DNA from: Botryllus schlosseri
Taxonomy: Eukaryota
DNA length: 64,000 bases
Assembly: GCA_051294905.1 (NCBI GenBank)
Contig: CM119377.1
Location: 9,860,001-9,924,000, forward strand
Direction of reading: 5' to 3'
In this document: positions 26,772-40,123 of the stretch, one piece after another
Numbering within the stretch: the stretch's first letter is position 1
Layout of the letters: every line of letters begins with the position of its first letter
Notes under the pieces: generated by a model
The model's database searches: none
What the model was told of the DNA's origin: nothing
Seen by the model: the letters and a program-made list of their open reading frames with translations, nothing else
Position numbers and translations under genes: made by a program

Positions 26772-29093
26772 CCATTACACAAGATTTTTACCTAAAACAA
26801 CACAGTCTGATGAATATTTATTGCAAATCATTATGCCTTTTGCTATTCCCTTTCAGAGACCAGTTCAAATGCGATGCTATTGCCTTTAGAAAGTGCCTTC
26901 GTATTGTTCGGTCGAAAAGCCATACCGCAGTTACTTGGTTGCAAATGAGCTTATGGAGTGTTGGAGACAGAATCAGAATTTCAGAAAGACATATGACGGG
27001 CTTTCGATTTCGAACCCCCTAACCTCCCCTGGACACGCCACTGCACACGACGTGCCATCATAATAGTAAATATTCAATTACTCTTCGTCACCATTTAATT
27101 ACTGATAGCGCTTAATTGCATGTAGCTAATGGTGGCCAAGACGGGCGTGTTGTCACGAAACGTTATGAAGAGCTGCATCGTATCAATGTAGAGTACACGC
27201 ATCTGCGCATGAGGAAATGTATATCCATTTATACACTCACAGGAGGGGAAGGGTTTGATTGAGTGCATTATGACGACGAATTATCAAGAGCATAAGAGAA
27301 CAAGGCTGTGAACGACACGAACATTCGCGTGAATAACATTTATCTTTTAATTATGGATTATGATTATTCCAAAAGCGGAAGGATTCGGCTGCCTTCGTCA
27401 ACTACTACAGCGATAAGAACATTTCGTACGCGCCGCGGTCCCTATCGAATTACCATCTTGGGGAAATAACCATATCTGTGTACGCTCGAGTAACATGATG
27501 TTTCGAAAACATTTTCGTTGCTTCGCGGATGATAATTAGATATCTCCAGCCGCTCGTACAGGAGATAGCAGGCTTATACAGTACAGGCATGCAGTGGGTA
27601 TTAGTGAAGAGATAATGAATCGTTATGAAAAACGAAGGTAACAAGCAATTTAGAAATGAAACTGGAGAAAATCAGTTATGTTCAAATCCTCCATCTTAAT
27701 TACATGGCAGTGGCTCTTAATTTTTGTAGTCTTGGCCCTCTTTCGTACTGAATATTTCGTGACCTGCTTAAAGCTCCGCTCTAAATGTTGAAAAAGTCTA
27801 TCTCTGTAGCTTAGTAAGGACAAGTAAACAGATTCGTGAACTACAATATGATGTATATGGAAAAAATTCATTCGTGTTGTGTTGGTTATTGGCTATATTT
27901 TAAATGAATTTGAACTCGTTAGCAGCGGACTGTCACCGATGTCCACGAATCTGTCGACTTGTCATTACTATACCACAATTACAAAAATCTTTGTAAATTT
28001 CTTGTTCAGTTTGCTGCATTTACGGGCCTTCGCCATCGATGACTGATGAGAGTCGGCCAAATAGCTTGGAGTGGAATAAAGTGGGCGATATGAATATATT
28101 GTCCACAGAAAAAAGAACGAAATTAACTAAGCTTTTCGCAAGATCACAATTTAGAGAAGCTCGCTTGCCCATCTCAGAATATTCCCGTGGTCCACCGGTT
28201 AAGACCCACGGTTCTGTGCGGAGTACGGTAAGGCTATGTGTCACGTAATTGAATTCGGGATCAAATACATTCGTCAACTAAATTATGGAAAATTACACAT
28301 AATCCGGGAATCAACCTGCCCCCTAACGGAATGGCGATATAAGTAATTTTATAAAATTTCAGTACCTAATACAATTAAATTGTTAGTCCTATGCAATACA
28401 TGGAGAAATCAGGTTACAGAATTGCGCTAGATGAAGAATTTACAAAGGGTTGCAGAGGTAGAGATGATTGAAAATGAAGAATGGAATTTACAGAAATTAT
28501 TCGAAATTGATTGTTTCACTGAGTATGAGCGTGAATTTATAGACGGTTCTTGGTGATCTCGACACTTATAGCATTTGGTATGTAATTTAATAGTATATTC
28601 ATATTAAAAAGAACCCGAATATGATATGTATGTATTAATGTTTCCACGAGGGAGTTATGCGGTTATAGGTTAGGCTTAGGGCTTAGGGCCGCCAATAACC
28701 GAATTCACTAAATGACAGGTTCAACATGCCGAATTCAGTAAATGCTGGCAACAAGCCCGATTCAAGCCCGATCCAAGGAAGCACGTGAGCATTAATAAGG
28801 ATTTTATACAAAAGCCAACATGAATTTATTATTGCCGCATTGTTCATAAACCTAGATCAACGACAGGTCGTCGAGGTGCTATTGCATTCGCATGGCCGCG
28901 TGACTCGATATTTTACCTGCCTTATTACATCCCGTGCGTGAAAAAGGAAGGTAATTATTCATAATATTCAAAACCCTCTAAGTTATTTGATAAATGGCAT
29001 TTCATATCTTAACTAATAAACAGTATTAATATAAGATTCTATATCTCAGCCAAGCAACTATAGTTACGTGTTGACGCGACTGATATACAATGG

Positions 29094-29101
29094 TATATAA
29101 A
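29094..29101 (+). promoter_or_regulatory. Candidate TATA box, gene 2
   Basis: TATATAAA in a context shared with 14052 (followed by ACTATCGACTGATTAC). Confidence 0.4.
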
Positions 29102-29358
29102 CTATCGACTGATTACGTCTTCGCATCAGCACGGAAATCCACCACAACGAAACCGATTGGCATGTCGGTAAGGCTATGACGATTTATTGCCCGAAGGACG
29201 CAACGATGGCTTAATATAGAAGTGCAAAAAAGGTATTCTCGTGCCTGAAATCTCTGATAAAATGCACAAACGGATGTACACCGGGGTCATTTGGAGATAG
29301 ACAAGGCATAGGACGAGATATTAAAGGTCCAAGAGAACTCTATACAACTAAAATCGCT

Positions 29359-29489
29359 ATGGGGATTGTATTCGTGCCGTCAACATACGTAATTGTTTTG
29401 CTGGTGGTGGGGGTGGTGGTATCGGATTGCGCGTCAGTTAACACGATAATTGGAATTAAAATTCGAAGAGGATCAAGACTGATGAATGG
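29359..29489 (+). CDS. Peptide-precursor gene 2, exon 1: MGIVFVPSTYVIVLLVVGVVVSDCASVNTIIGIKIRRGSRLMN(G)
   Basis: Colinear with 14318-14448 without indels; signal-like hydrophobic core; phase-2 GTACGT donor. Confidence 0.75.
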
Positions 29490-30343
29490 GTACGTATTTT
29501 ACAGCGAAGAGAATGTTTAAAATTAATAGTTTTGCTGGGGTTGGTTCGTGGATGTATATATCCCTATTAGCAAAGATCGATTGATGTGGATTTGCACATC
29601 CGTTCCTTTCCATCCATCCATTCATCGTGTGATGTATTGTATAACTGGAATTACGGTGGTATATAGCTGTAGCCGGCATAAAATTGAGTTGATCCAGCCG
29701 AGCTTAAGATCGCTTACTCCAAAATGCTTTGATTTCAGTCTGCGAAGTATTTACTTGTATTTATGTTGGGATTAAGTCATTTCTAGTCCCTGCAAACCTT
29801 GACTTGAGTCAATTTGATACTAAAGTGTTCTCAATTTTAGCGTGTAGAATTTCGAGTCAATTTTAAGTCATCAAATATCTTCAGCTTCTGTCGTTTGATT
29901 TTAATGTGGGGGATACATGCATAATTGTATATAGGCTACCACGCCGAACTGGCCAAACTTGGTGCAATGCAATTTCTAATCTACAAAAACGATATGAGAC
30001 ACCACAGTTATTTATGTTAATTGATGAGAATGCTGCCCACGGGACATGTTCCATTCACCCAATAGTATGGGATTATGATGAAACGTACGCGCCGTTCATT
30101 GAGTGAAATGCTGCATGAAATTTATGAAGGCAGCACCCACTAAAATTTGCGTGAAAGCAAAATTAATTAGGTACCGGACCCAGAAGGTGCCAATGGCCCG
30201 ACTGCAACCTATGTAATATACGCTATGACGAAAATCTTGTAAATATACACCTATTTTCTACGCATGAGTTTGACATGCGAAATACGAAGGTGGTGGTAAG
30301 CTTATTAGATTAGTAAACATAAGCTATGTTTTGGCTATAGCAG

Positions 30344-30480
30344 GATATTCAACCAGCTCGTGACAAATTGCGTTCCTATCGTTCGGGATATCTGCAGCAG
30401 GATGATGCGCAGATGCATGCGAAGTACGTGGCGGGGCAAGAGGAGTATTACGGATGCCGGTATCACGATCAACTCTCAAC
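30344..30480 (+). CDS. Peptide-precursor gene 2, exon 2: IFNQLVTNCVPIVRDICSRMMRRCMRSTWRGKRSITDAGITINSQ
   Basis: TAGCAG| acceptor, C|GTGAGT donor, 137 nt, open frame, conserved Cys and GKR. Confidence 0.9.
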
Positions 30481-30515
30481 GTGAGTTCATTACCGATAAC
30501 ATGGTAAATGTACAT

Positions 30516-31133
30516 TAGGGCTGTTCAAAAATAACCTTTTTTCCTGAATCTTGCTGGTTACTTGATTAAATCGTTAGGTTGCCTTAAAAAACGACGCACA
30601 CCAAATTTGAATTCATTCCAAGCAATATTCGCAGATTTCGTAGAGTTTGAAAATTTTGAATTTGCCTAAAAATGCAAAAAAAAATTTTTTTCAAATTTTT
30701 CTGCCAACCCCATGAACTTGTTGCGCTGTCTTCAAAAACGATGCAAAACAAATTTGACTCAATTCGAAGCCGTAGAAGTAGAGTTATTTCAGTTTTTCTT
30801 TGATAATTCTGGGATTATCCTTGATTGGTGGATCATTCTAGAATTATCACCAAAAAACTTGAATAACTCCGCTTCTGCAGCTTGGAATTGGGTCAAATTT
30901 GTTTTCCATCGTTTTTGAAGACAGCGCAACAATTTCATAAGGTTGGAAGGAAAATTTGAAAAAAATTTTTTTTGCATTTTTAGGCAAATTCAAAATTTTC
31001 AAACTCTACGAAATCCGCGAATATTGGTTGGAATGAATTCAAATTTGGTGTGCGTCGTTTTTTAAGGCAACCTAACGATTTAATCAAGTAACCAGCAAGA
31101 TTCAGGAAAAAAGGTTATTTTTGAACAGCCCTA
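30516..31133. mobile_element. Foldback (nearly fully palindromic) element in intron 2 of gene 2
   Basis: The two halves (~290 bp each) are near-exact reverse complements; TSD ATGTACAT; absent from the gene 1 intron (near 15876). Confidence 0.92.
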
Positions 31134-31718
31134 ATGTACATGTAGATTTAAGTAGATACAGAAGGTTTACTTAATCAAATTACGTTTCGTGCTGATGGAA
31201 TCGTATCATCGCAAGTTCCGCGTAGAGACAGCTTGACATAACCCTTGTAGTGTTTTGAGAATTAAGACAGCATTTACATAAGCAGTTCTACAAATATATT
31301 ATCAGTCACCATTTCCCACTCAAACTTTCACATGCGAAACCCTTGTTTCAAAAGGTTCATGCTGCATCACTGTGCATTGGAATGATATGCGGGCATCATC
31401 ATTCGATTTACGTAACGATGAACAATAATTTCATGAGTCATCCATGCCTTAAACTATGATTCGAAATAAACTCAAAACATTGACAACGCATCGCATGGGT
31501 TATTATGGTTGTCTTTGAGTGATATATCCCATTGTCTGCGAGCGATATAAACAATTCATCTGCCAATACTCCGAAATCGCTTTTGAAATTTAGATATTAG
31601 GCGTAAGTTGGACGCAGTGCTTTAGTTCAGGGCTCAATAACCCTTAAACGAATATGAAACTAGTCTTACGATGAAAAAAGTATACCGAGCCTTACATGAG
31701 GCTGTTACTTTTCACTAG

Positions 31719-31801
31719 AAACCGGGATTCGAGTAAAGAGATCAGAGCACAGGAGGCGACTTCGGCCGAGTTGCAATAGCTGTTTACGGTGTTTGGCTTA
31801 A
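31719..31801 (+). CDS. Peptide-precursor gene 2, exon 3: (Q)TGIRVKRSEHRRRLRPSCNSCLRCLA*
   Basis: TTTTCACTAG| acceptor in phase 1; 83 nt to TAA, as in gene 1. Confidence 0.85.
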
Positions 31802-34368
31802 CACACCACGTACTTCGCAAGTCTACTGCGGGAATGATGGAGGGTACGCTGTGGATCCAGCAAAATATAGATCCCAAGTCGGTCCCGGAAAGAGCACTCT
31901 GTCAGCAATTTGAATATTGTTTATCAGCAGCAGAGTACGCAAATGAAAGTGATGTACGCTGATATCGAAAATGCTTATTGTTTGGACGGTGACGACGCCC
32001 AGATATTGGACCAATTAGGAGCGGACATGCCGGATTGTTTATTCCAGAGAAACATGTTGAATGCCTGGGCTATACTTGTGTTATGACAAAATACAAGTCC
32101 GTTGAATTTATGGAAAACACTTGATTCATCTTGATCGCATGAACATAGCTAGGGGATGAAAGGCGCTCATGTCCCTCTGGATTTTCCATTTGGACACAGA
32201 GACGTCATCTGCGTTGATTACGTCACAATGAATCACAGCGCCGCTAGAAAAATTCGTCTTCTAAAAAAATCTTCATTCGCCCAATATACACCTGTGCGTG
32301 ATACATTGTATTTATCAAAAACTTGAAATACAGTCTCGTTTCATTTGATGTTCAGTTGTCTACGTAAACATGTGTAATTAGACGTTTATACGAGCTCAAC
32401 GATGGTTGCATGCAGTGGATATTTATATTGACGCAGATGACGGTACCAATACACCTTCGATTATACTATGGAGTGACTATGAAATATATCACTCTTCCAT
32501 TGTGCTGTTTTTTGTTTTCATCCATTTTCAATGCTACAGAAGCAGTTTCAACAACCATTAACACATCCGTATCCGATTTTCACACATTTAGACATCAGTG
32601 TATAATTTCCAGGCATGTGTTTTTCAACCACAATCGCGCATTTCAAATGCCACAATCGGAAATTTTCTAGAAAGTCATCGGAAATTATCCGGCTTCAGAA
32701 ACCTGGTTCAGTGTTTCATATTTGAAAATATAAAAACGTTTCATGTTTTGCGGCTAAGATGTTGGCTATCACAGCGGTAAAATCCGAGATTGACAACAGT
32801 GGAGCAAAGAATTCTAAAATATCAGGAAACATATAGAAGCGTGCAATTGTTATCCGTTTAATCTCGGATTAGTTTGACGCATTAGTACCACTCTGAGAGC
32901 ATTCCTAAAATACAGATTATCATTTCGATTGACAAAGTGATAATGCCCCAAAACACTGTACCTTCAGAATAATAAATAAATTATGTTGAAGGCATTGGTA
33001 ATGTTGGTGTGTGAAATGAGTGAGATGATGATGTGCGAGAAAACCGCCATCAATAGGACCGCCGTAGGCATACAGCGTCTCGTATGGTTCCTATACTCTT
33101 GTGCTTGTCTACTTTGAAAGTTTTCGAGAAAAAATATGATTATTTAGTAGATAATATTCGATGAAAACGAAAGTGATTATGAAGCAATTAATGATTAACA
33201 CCAGGAATTTTGATATCCGTAAATCTTCAATCGGAATGCTTACAAGTTTTAATGTTTTAGTTAAACGGTAAGTGCGACTTTATATCCTGTTTACGGGGCT
33301 CATTATCCTAAATTGCACTAATTGATGGTACGAAAAAATGTAATATAATAAAAAATCACAGAAAAGTTGTCATATGCTGGTCTAGCGTGAATCGCACACG
33401 GTTATTCTGATCTCGATATCTCAGTACACATGAAATGTATATGACCATGATTGAGATTAACCTGGTCAGCTGCCATCCTTACCATTGATTTCATCGCGAC
33501 CCAATTCGAGATTTCGGAAGAAATTGATTTCAGTTCCAAAATAATTGTTGTTGTTGTTCAAAACCCTGTGTCCAACATCACCATTCCTCGCTAGCTGATA
33601 CGATTTCATCGATAGTAATAGCATTTCCTTGAGGAAGAATTGACTGGTATGAATGGGCAAATCACTCTAACGTGCAATATCCAGACAGTGCCAAGACCGA
33701 GACGCTTAGAAAACGATTTGATACTCCGCCGCAAGATCAAGCTTCACGAAAAGGTAATTTTCCAACAAGTATAGGCTAACCGTGTCTCGCTAACCCCATT
33801 ATCGATTCCTTATAGTCTCCGACGAGTGTTGTCAGTAATCGTTCGCAGTTCATAGTTCAAAATAGAATGATGATAGTGATTATCATGATAGTATTTGTTA
33901 CATTTGTATTTCTTTGATAAAATATTATTTCTTTTGGGGCAATTATGCCCGTCGTCCATGTTAGATAGCACAGCGTTGTACTGACGTAATGTTTAAAAAC
34001 GGGATTGTAAAACCGTGTGGCCTATTTTCTCTCGATATTGAATTGATGCGGACGGTGGCCTCTACAAAACTTGAAAAGTGGCCAGCGATCCTGGTGATCC
34101 CGATGACCCCTGATATAGACCAATTATGCAATGATTAGTTATTAACAGAGCTGTGAAGTCGAAGTCGGAATTTGGCTAATTTTCGCTTAATGGAGTCGGA
34201 GTCGTGCAAGCTATAGTGGCTGGAGACGGAGTCGGAGTTTGTAAAAACGACCCTGACTCTGACTCCGACTCCAACTTCTTTATTATGAAAACAATTGCTT
34301 TCAAAGGTATCTTTAAATTACTAATACTAACTGAAATACCATCAATCACTGTTGATAACGGTATAGAT

Positions 34369-35166
34369 CAGGGGCGGCCATAACCCGCGGCCCGCGAGAA
34401 GGTTTTGTGTGGCTCCCGAGGTAATTCTCGAAATTGGTTAGTGCATCAGGTAAAATTGCAAGGCCAACCCAAATTTGATTAGCCTGACCGCGAAATTTGA
34501 TGATGACTAAAACATTGGCGAAACCAGTGGTCCAGCCACATTTATCGCAGATCTTCGTGTATGACCATAAAGTCGAATATTTCGTAGAAGATTTACTTGA
34601 CTTGAAATTTTTCTTAGAACTTCGCATGATTTATTGTCACTCGATTTCTTGCATTTAGTATTGATGCCCCCTACTGTAAATTATAAATACGCGTAACTTA
34701 CCATTAGAGATAACGTGTCGCCCAACATGCGACTTCGCTTGTGCGCTCGCTACGAGATCGTCGGCGATGAAATATTTGCACAAAACGATAGAGGCATGTT
34801 CACCGAAACCTGTGATAATGCTATGTCTAAACGCCGAATAATCCTGTCCTTGCCAAATGAGCCCAGTGGTATACAGAGGCGACGCGCAATATATGCAAGT
34901 AACATATTTATTTATCGAATTCATTCATTACCTTTGACAAAATTTCGCGCTTCGCGCGACCAGGACATGAATGCACACTGCACAGTTGCACACATAGTTT
35001 TCATGACATAACTGCTACCAATTTTACAGCCTAGTAATAAAAGTCATGTTTTAATGTTACCTAATTCGGTTCGCTCCTATTGGACGACTAAAAAAAGGTC
35101 AAGTGGCCCGCGAAATGGTTCGTAAATCTCATGTGACCCTTTGGCCAAAAAGGGTGGCCCCCACAG
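34369..35166. mobile_element. hAT-type MITE (same family as 45296-45798)
   Basis: CAGGGGCGGCCA terminus, GGCCCGCG subterminal motifs, TSD GTATAGAT/ATATCGAT. Confidence 0.75.
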
Positions 35167-35626
35167 ATATCGATAAAATTGGACATTATTTGCAAATTAC
35201 AATTCAGTTGCATAGAGGAAGAAAAACGAAATGTGCATATTCGCGATCCAGTCACAAATTGATGCAATTTTTGGAATTATACCATGATACTGTGACAGAG
35301 TAAATACATTGTGTGGTTTTGTAAAATAGTAATATTGTTGTATAGCCTAAATATAACCAAACGCTGCTTCCCGCTTGATAAAAGTAAAAAATATTTAAAG
35401 TGTAGCTTAGCTGCTTCGGTCGCACAAATGATTACGAATGACTGCCTGTCATAGTCCTTGAATACTTCAGTTCATGTGCATGTGCAAGTGCATGTAGACT
35501 AGACATATGATATTTCATTGCTTCTTAAATATCGTTTCTGACCAATGTTTATTAGTAGTGAAAGTGTGTGTGCTTGTAATCAGTATAGTGTGTAATGAGA
35601 AAATTAGTGAGTTTTTTAGGTATATA

Positions 35627-35785
35627 TGGTGTTTGTCGACTACTATGGTCATTTACACCAGGCCGATGATATTCTGTAACTGCCGACTAATAGCACGGCC
35701 CACTTCTGGGCTTTTTGTTAGACACCGCTTACGCGGATGAGGTGGCGAGGAAGAGCCTAGATAAACCTCCAACACATAGCTATAG
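35627..35785 (-). mobile_element. 5'-truncated tRNA-derived SINE
   Basis: Matches ~19190-19355. Confidence 0.85.
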
Positions 35786-36978
35786 GTATATTGCCTTGCT
35801 GTCGCTCATTTCTATCACTAGCAGAGTGAAGATCCGGAGACTAAATCCAGGATTTTCGACACCTTTTATCAATATGCACTGGCGATGCGTCTGGACTGGA
35901 GAATATGATATCATGTTCGGGAGCTCATGTTGAAGTTGGCAGTTTGTTAATCTAATCGTCATGTCCTAGTACAGGTGAAGTTTCTAAGACAACGACTCTG
36001 AGATAAACGGGACCAACCGGCAACCTGGTCATTGTATTAATACTAGCCTAAGACCAGTTTTCAAGTACGAAAAGCGAACCGATGACAGAAGCGAAAATGA
36101 TACGTTGTCCAAATTGCCTGGGCCCATTCATGAATGATTTCCAAAGGTGTATGCATTATACCTTGGGATTTACACTCAGTTTTATATCCCTGGTGTGGCC
36201 AAGGATGTAAATGTCTTTTGAGTACAATATTTGAATTGAAAAATGGTGTGACATCATAACGCTAAAGTGTAATTTTGCATGGGACATTCTTGCCTATACT
36301 GATTTGGCTTCAATGTTTTCAATTTATTGAAATGTCCCTGTGTAGCTTTCTTTGATCCGTTGACTGTGGAAAAGATGGAAAATAAGTCTGAGTGTATGAC
36401 GCTTCACCAACTTAGGCATTTTTTATATCCCGCACTCGGATTGGACTGGATCGAATGTATTGGATATTATTTATATTCACGAGAATCTGTTTTAGTTTAA
36501 AACCGAAAAAGATTTAAATTTGCTGTGGGTAAATATTTAAAACATTGCAGAAAACGTGCTGACTTTGTCATTTGTTGAGTCTTCTCGTAACTTCATTGGT
36601 GTTAATCAACGCACCCCCCTCGCATTTTACGATTTGTGCAATAGATGTGACCTTAATTTCTAAACTAGTATATTTTATGTCGATCTAAGGTTTTTTTAGT
36701 TGACAAATCTAGCGTTTTTTCACGAACCTCGATTGGAAACTACTGCTCACTGTGCTATACATTTGATCATATGTCACTCGGTACCGCCACCTGCTGCGAG
36801 ATAGTGAAGTTACAAGTGTGTACAAAGTTGAAGTGTACAAATAAATCGACTCTTTGTTACATCGGTTCTGTCTTACCGATGGCAAGAATTGATTAGAAAC
36901 TTATGTACCATACAGTAGTGAAAGTGGGCTATTACCTCCTGAAATGAAAAAAGTTTGTTAATACGGTACCGTCTAACT

Positions 36979-38155
36979 CAGGGGTGGGCAAACTACGGCC
37001 CGCGGGCCGCATGCGGCCCGCAACACCGTTCTGTGCGGCCCGCGAGAGTCTAAAGCAACTTTTGAAAATATTGATTAAATGCGTAGGCTACTAAAAACCG
37101 AATTAATGCAGAGACTTGATTAAACTTTTTTTTAGTATATTTCAGCATGATAATGTGACTCTCAAACTGGGGTGAGCGCCCCCCTCGGGGGCGTGAAAGC
37201 ATCTAAAGGGGGCGCGAAGCTGAGCTCGAATAAAAAAAAATTCCTCGCTATGCGCGATTGTCATCCACTTCATAATTATTGCTCTTTATTAATTCTGAAT
37301 TTCATATTTAAAAATCTATCATCCACAGTCGTAACCTCCCATGCCATCAAATTATCCGTCAGGTTTGCTAGCATCCTGGTTGCGTTTTGTGATATGCCGA
37401 TAAGGGGGCTCGAAATCTTTCGCCATCATAAGGGGGAGGGCGTGTCTTAAAAAGTTTGAGAACCACTGTTCTAAGGTAAATACTTCCTACGTTATTTTTT
37501 ATGTTTATTTCTGGCGCATCAGCATGATCTCAAGGCCCACACAGTTTGAAAGGTTTCAACTGCTAAACATCACAGAAATCCTAAACGAGATTGACATAAT
37601 TCGGATCACGAGTTCAAATTGGACATTCCAGTTCTAATTATTTCAGTGATGTGCTTATAAAAAACGATTCGCGCGTGACTTAGGTATATTCGTTCTCTTT
37701 ATGCGTAGAATAGGGGTATTTATATTTTATCTACACATAGTAGAAGTGTTTTTGAAGCTAACATGGTTATGATGCTGTCAGCATTGTGTGTCCTGGAACT
37801 GAACTAAAAGTGGAATTAGTAAATCTATGAACAAATCGCTGCTCACGGATTTAAATTTCAGTCCTGTTCCAAGAATCAGGACAACCGACTTTCATCTCTA
37901 AAGTTTTGACAAATTGGTTATTGAGGTCCACCAGCCTATGAAATCACACCACTATGTTTGTGACGCGTGTACGATATCATCAAAGCAATGTTTGGTTTGT
38001 TTTAAATTAGAACATATATTATCTCCATGTCCTCACTATATAATCAAATACCAATAATACGTTTTGGTTTACAATCCTAATTTTATATAGTGCGGCCCGC
38101 GAATGGATTTATATGTTGAATGCGGCCCGCGAGCTCAAAAGTTTGCCCACCCCTG
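36979..38155. mobile_element. hAT (Charlie-like) MITE with a nested MITE (~37155-37468)
   Basis: Perfect TIR CAGGGGTGGGCAAACT; perfect TSD GTCTAACT. Confidence 0.9.
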
Positions 38156-40123
38156 GTCTAACTCTATCATATAGCCAGCATAGCCAGTATTCGCATTTCC
38201 CTACAATAAATTGACATCCAAAGCGCTAGCTGTGAACGAAAAAGTGTTTTTTAGTATTTACCCTAAAAATTAAGTTAAAAATAAATTGATGACACAAATA
38301 AAAATGATACAAATGTTATAGGTGCTAGTCCCCTTACATTACATCGATTACCTCCTATAAAAGGTCTGATCAGGTAATGACAGCCAATAAGCTGAGGTGG
38401 ACCACGGGGAAATTTAGCTTGACCCCCCTGTGATAAGGCGTGCGCAGGTCGCTATGAATTCACTCTTTCAATACTATTCCAAATGTAGGTTTCTTGCGCT
38501 ATGCGCATTCTCAGACTAGATCAGGCACATCGTGAAAATTGCAATACCAGCATATCAAAGTTTGGTTTATTCGAACCACCAAGCCGATTCAGACACACCT
38601 GAACAGTAGACATGCAGATAGGCTACAACAATATATGACTCACTGATAAAATTATTTGCCCCAAACATGTTGCGTGTCCCTCGTACCGCTCGATCAATGA
38701 TTCCGGTGTATATTCAATCGATTGTCGCTGAAAGTTACCTGTCTACATTACATTCATTATACGCCATTTTGTGAATCAGTGGCACGGTATCCGACAAAGG
38801 AATTGTATAGTCAAGTCGAAATATAGCAAATTCCAAAAAAAGACAAGATGAGAACTTCTACTCTGCTATACTATCGCATTCGAATGAATATATATGCGCG
38901 ATGTTCTAAAGCGCTTACGTTCATTCATATGCAATGGATATGGATCCGTGGTAATAAAGACAGTGATTCCGTTGAACGATAAAAAAAAATTCGTGGTGTC
39001 GTTGTCTCTGTGTCTACAAGAGACGCATGATACGTCAAAGCAATATCCAAAAATGGTCAGAAAGGAAGGTATACCAACCGAAGTGCGTAACGCAACCTTC
39101 TGGAGTCAGATTACACATCAACAACATCACATAAACATTTGCTCTGCGTTATTATAAATGACAGCGACCTCGCTTCACAGGGGTGTTGGTTGATGGAGCT
39201 GACTTTGTCGAAACGTGTATACGATTTTAGGAATTTTTGAAGGATGTAATTGCTTCATAAAGTCGAGTGCACGAATACTTGCAGCTGGCGTTGTTTGACT
39301 GACCTAATTTTGTTGAAACAGGTACGATTTTCGGAATAATTGACATGAGTAACTGCGTGAAGGATTGAGTGCACGAATAATTGTGGCTGGCGTTCGTTGA
39401 CGTACCTTGATCGAACGTGAAAGTTTTTCGGAATATTTGACAGGTGTAATTGCATAATAGAATCGTACGGTATTGCAGCGTAATTTTCGAATAGCTATTT
39501 GCTTTATTTCTTTATTAGATATGTTAATCTGTTAACTTGAATTGTTGCATGCGAGAGTTCGTCTCAAGCAAATTGCTGTATTGTTCCTGGTAATGATTGT
39601 TTCGCCGCCAACGTTGATCACGCCGACGAATCGGAATAGTTCGCCTTGTATCTCTTGCCGCTCCAATACAGGTTGGCTGAATTTCGTGGGAAGGTGGTGG
39701 GCGTGAACCAAGTATGATTGATCGCTTGTGACGCAGTCATCAATCTGCTCCTTGTCAAAGAAAAACCCGTGTACTCGGCTGGATTGAATACAGCAAATAA
39801 TTCATTTTATTTTCCTGACAACATGGTGTTCTGTCTCGAGGTGGTTTCTGTATCAAGAACCACTCATGGTAGCCATGGATATGGATTTTTAAAAAAACGA
39901 GGAAAGCCAAACACTCTAATCAGCAGATGACTAAAGAAAGAAAAAAGGCGAAATCCTTTGCCCATTCCCATCCCCTGTTCACAGACTTCTTGGTAAGATG
40001 ATGAGTAGAAATGTCATCACTTCCGCCTATGAAGTAGCTCCTATACTCCGACGCATAAGTTGCGAACTTCTGATTTTCTGATCTTTCTTGGCTTTCGTTG
40101 TCTGATTTCTGTGTTTGCATAAA

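Larger units (their letters stand above)
18305..33294 (+). repeat. Tandem segmental duplication, copy B (contains gene 2)
   Basis: Counterpart of copy A; carries different transposon insertions. Confidence 0.9.

Noticed and set aside
30712..30977. Two similar ORFs on opposite strands
   Set aside because: Artefact of the palindromic foldback element.
39520..40120. Coding-looking minus-strand stretch (ORF 39920-40120)
   Set aside because: Interrupted by stops; no recognisable motif or clear splice sites.
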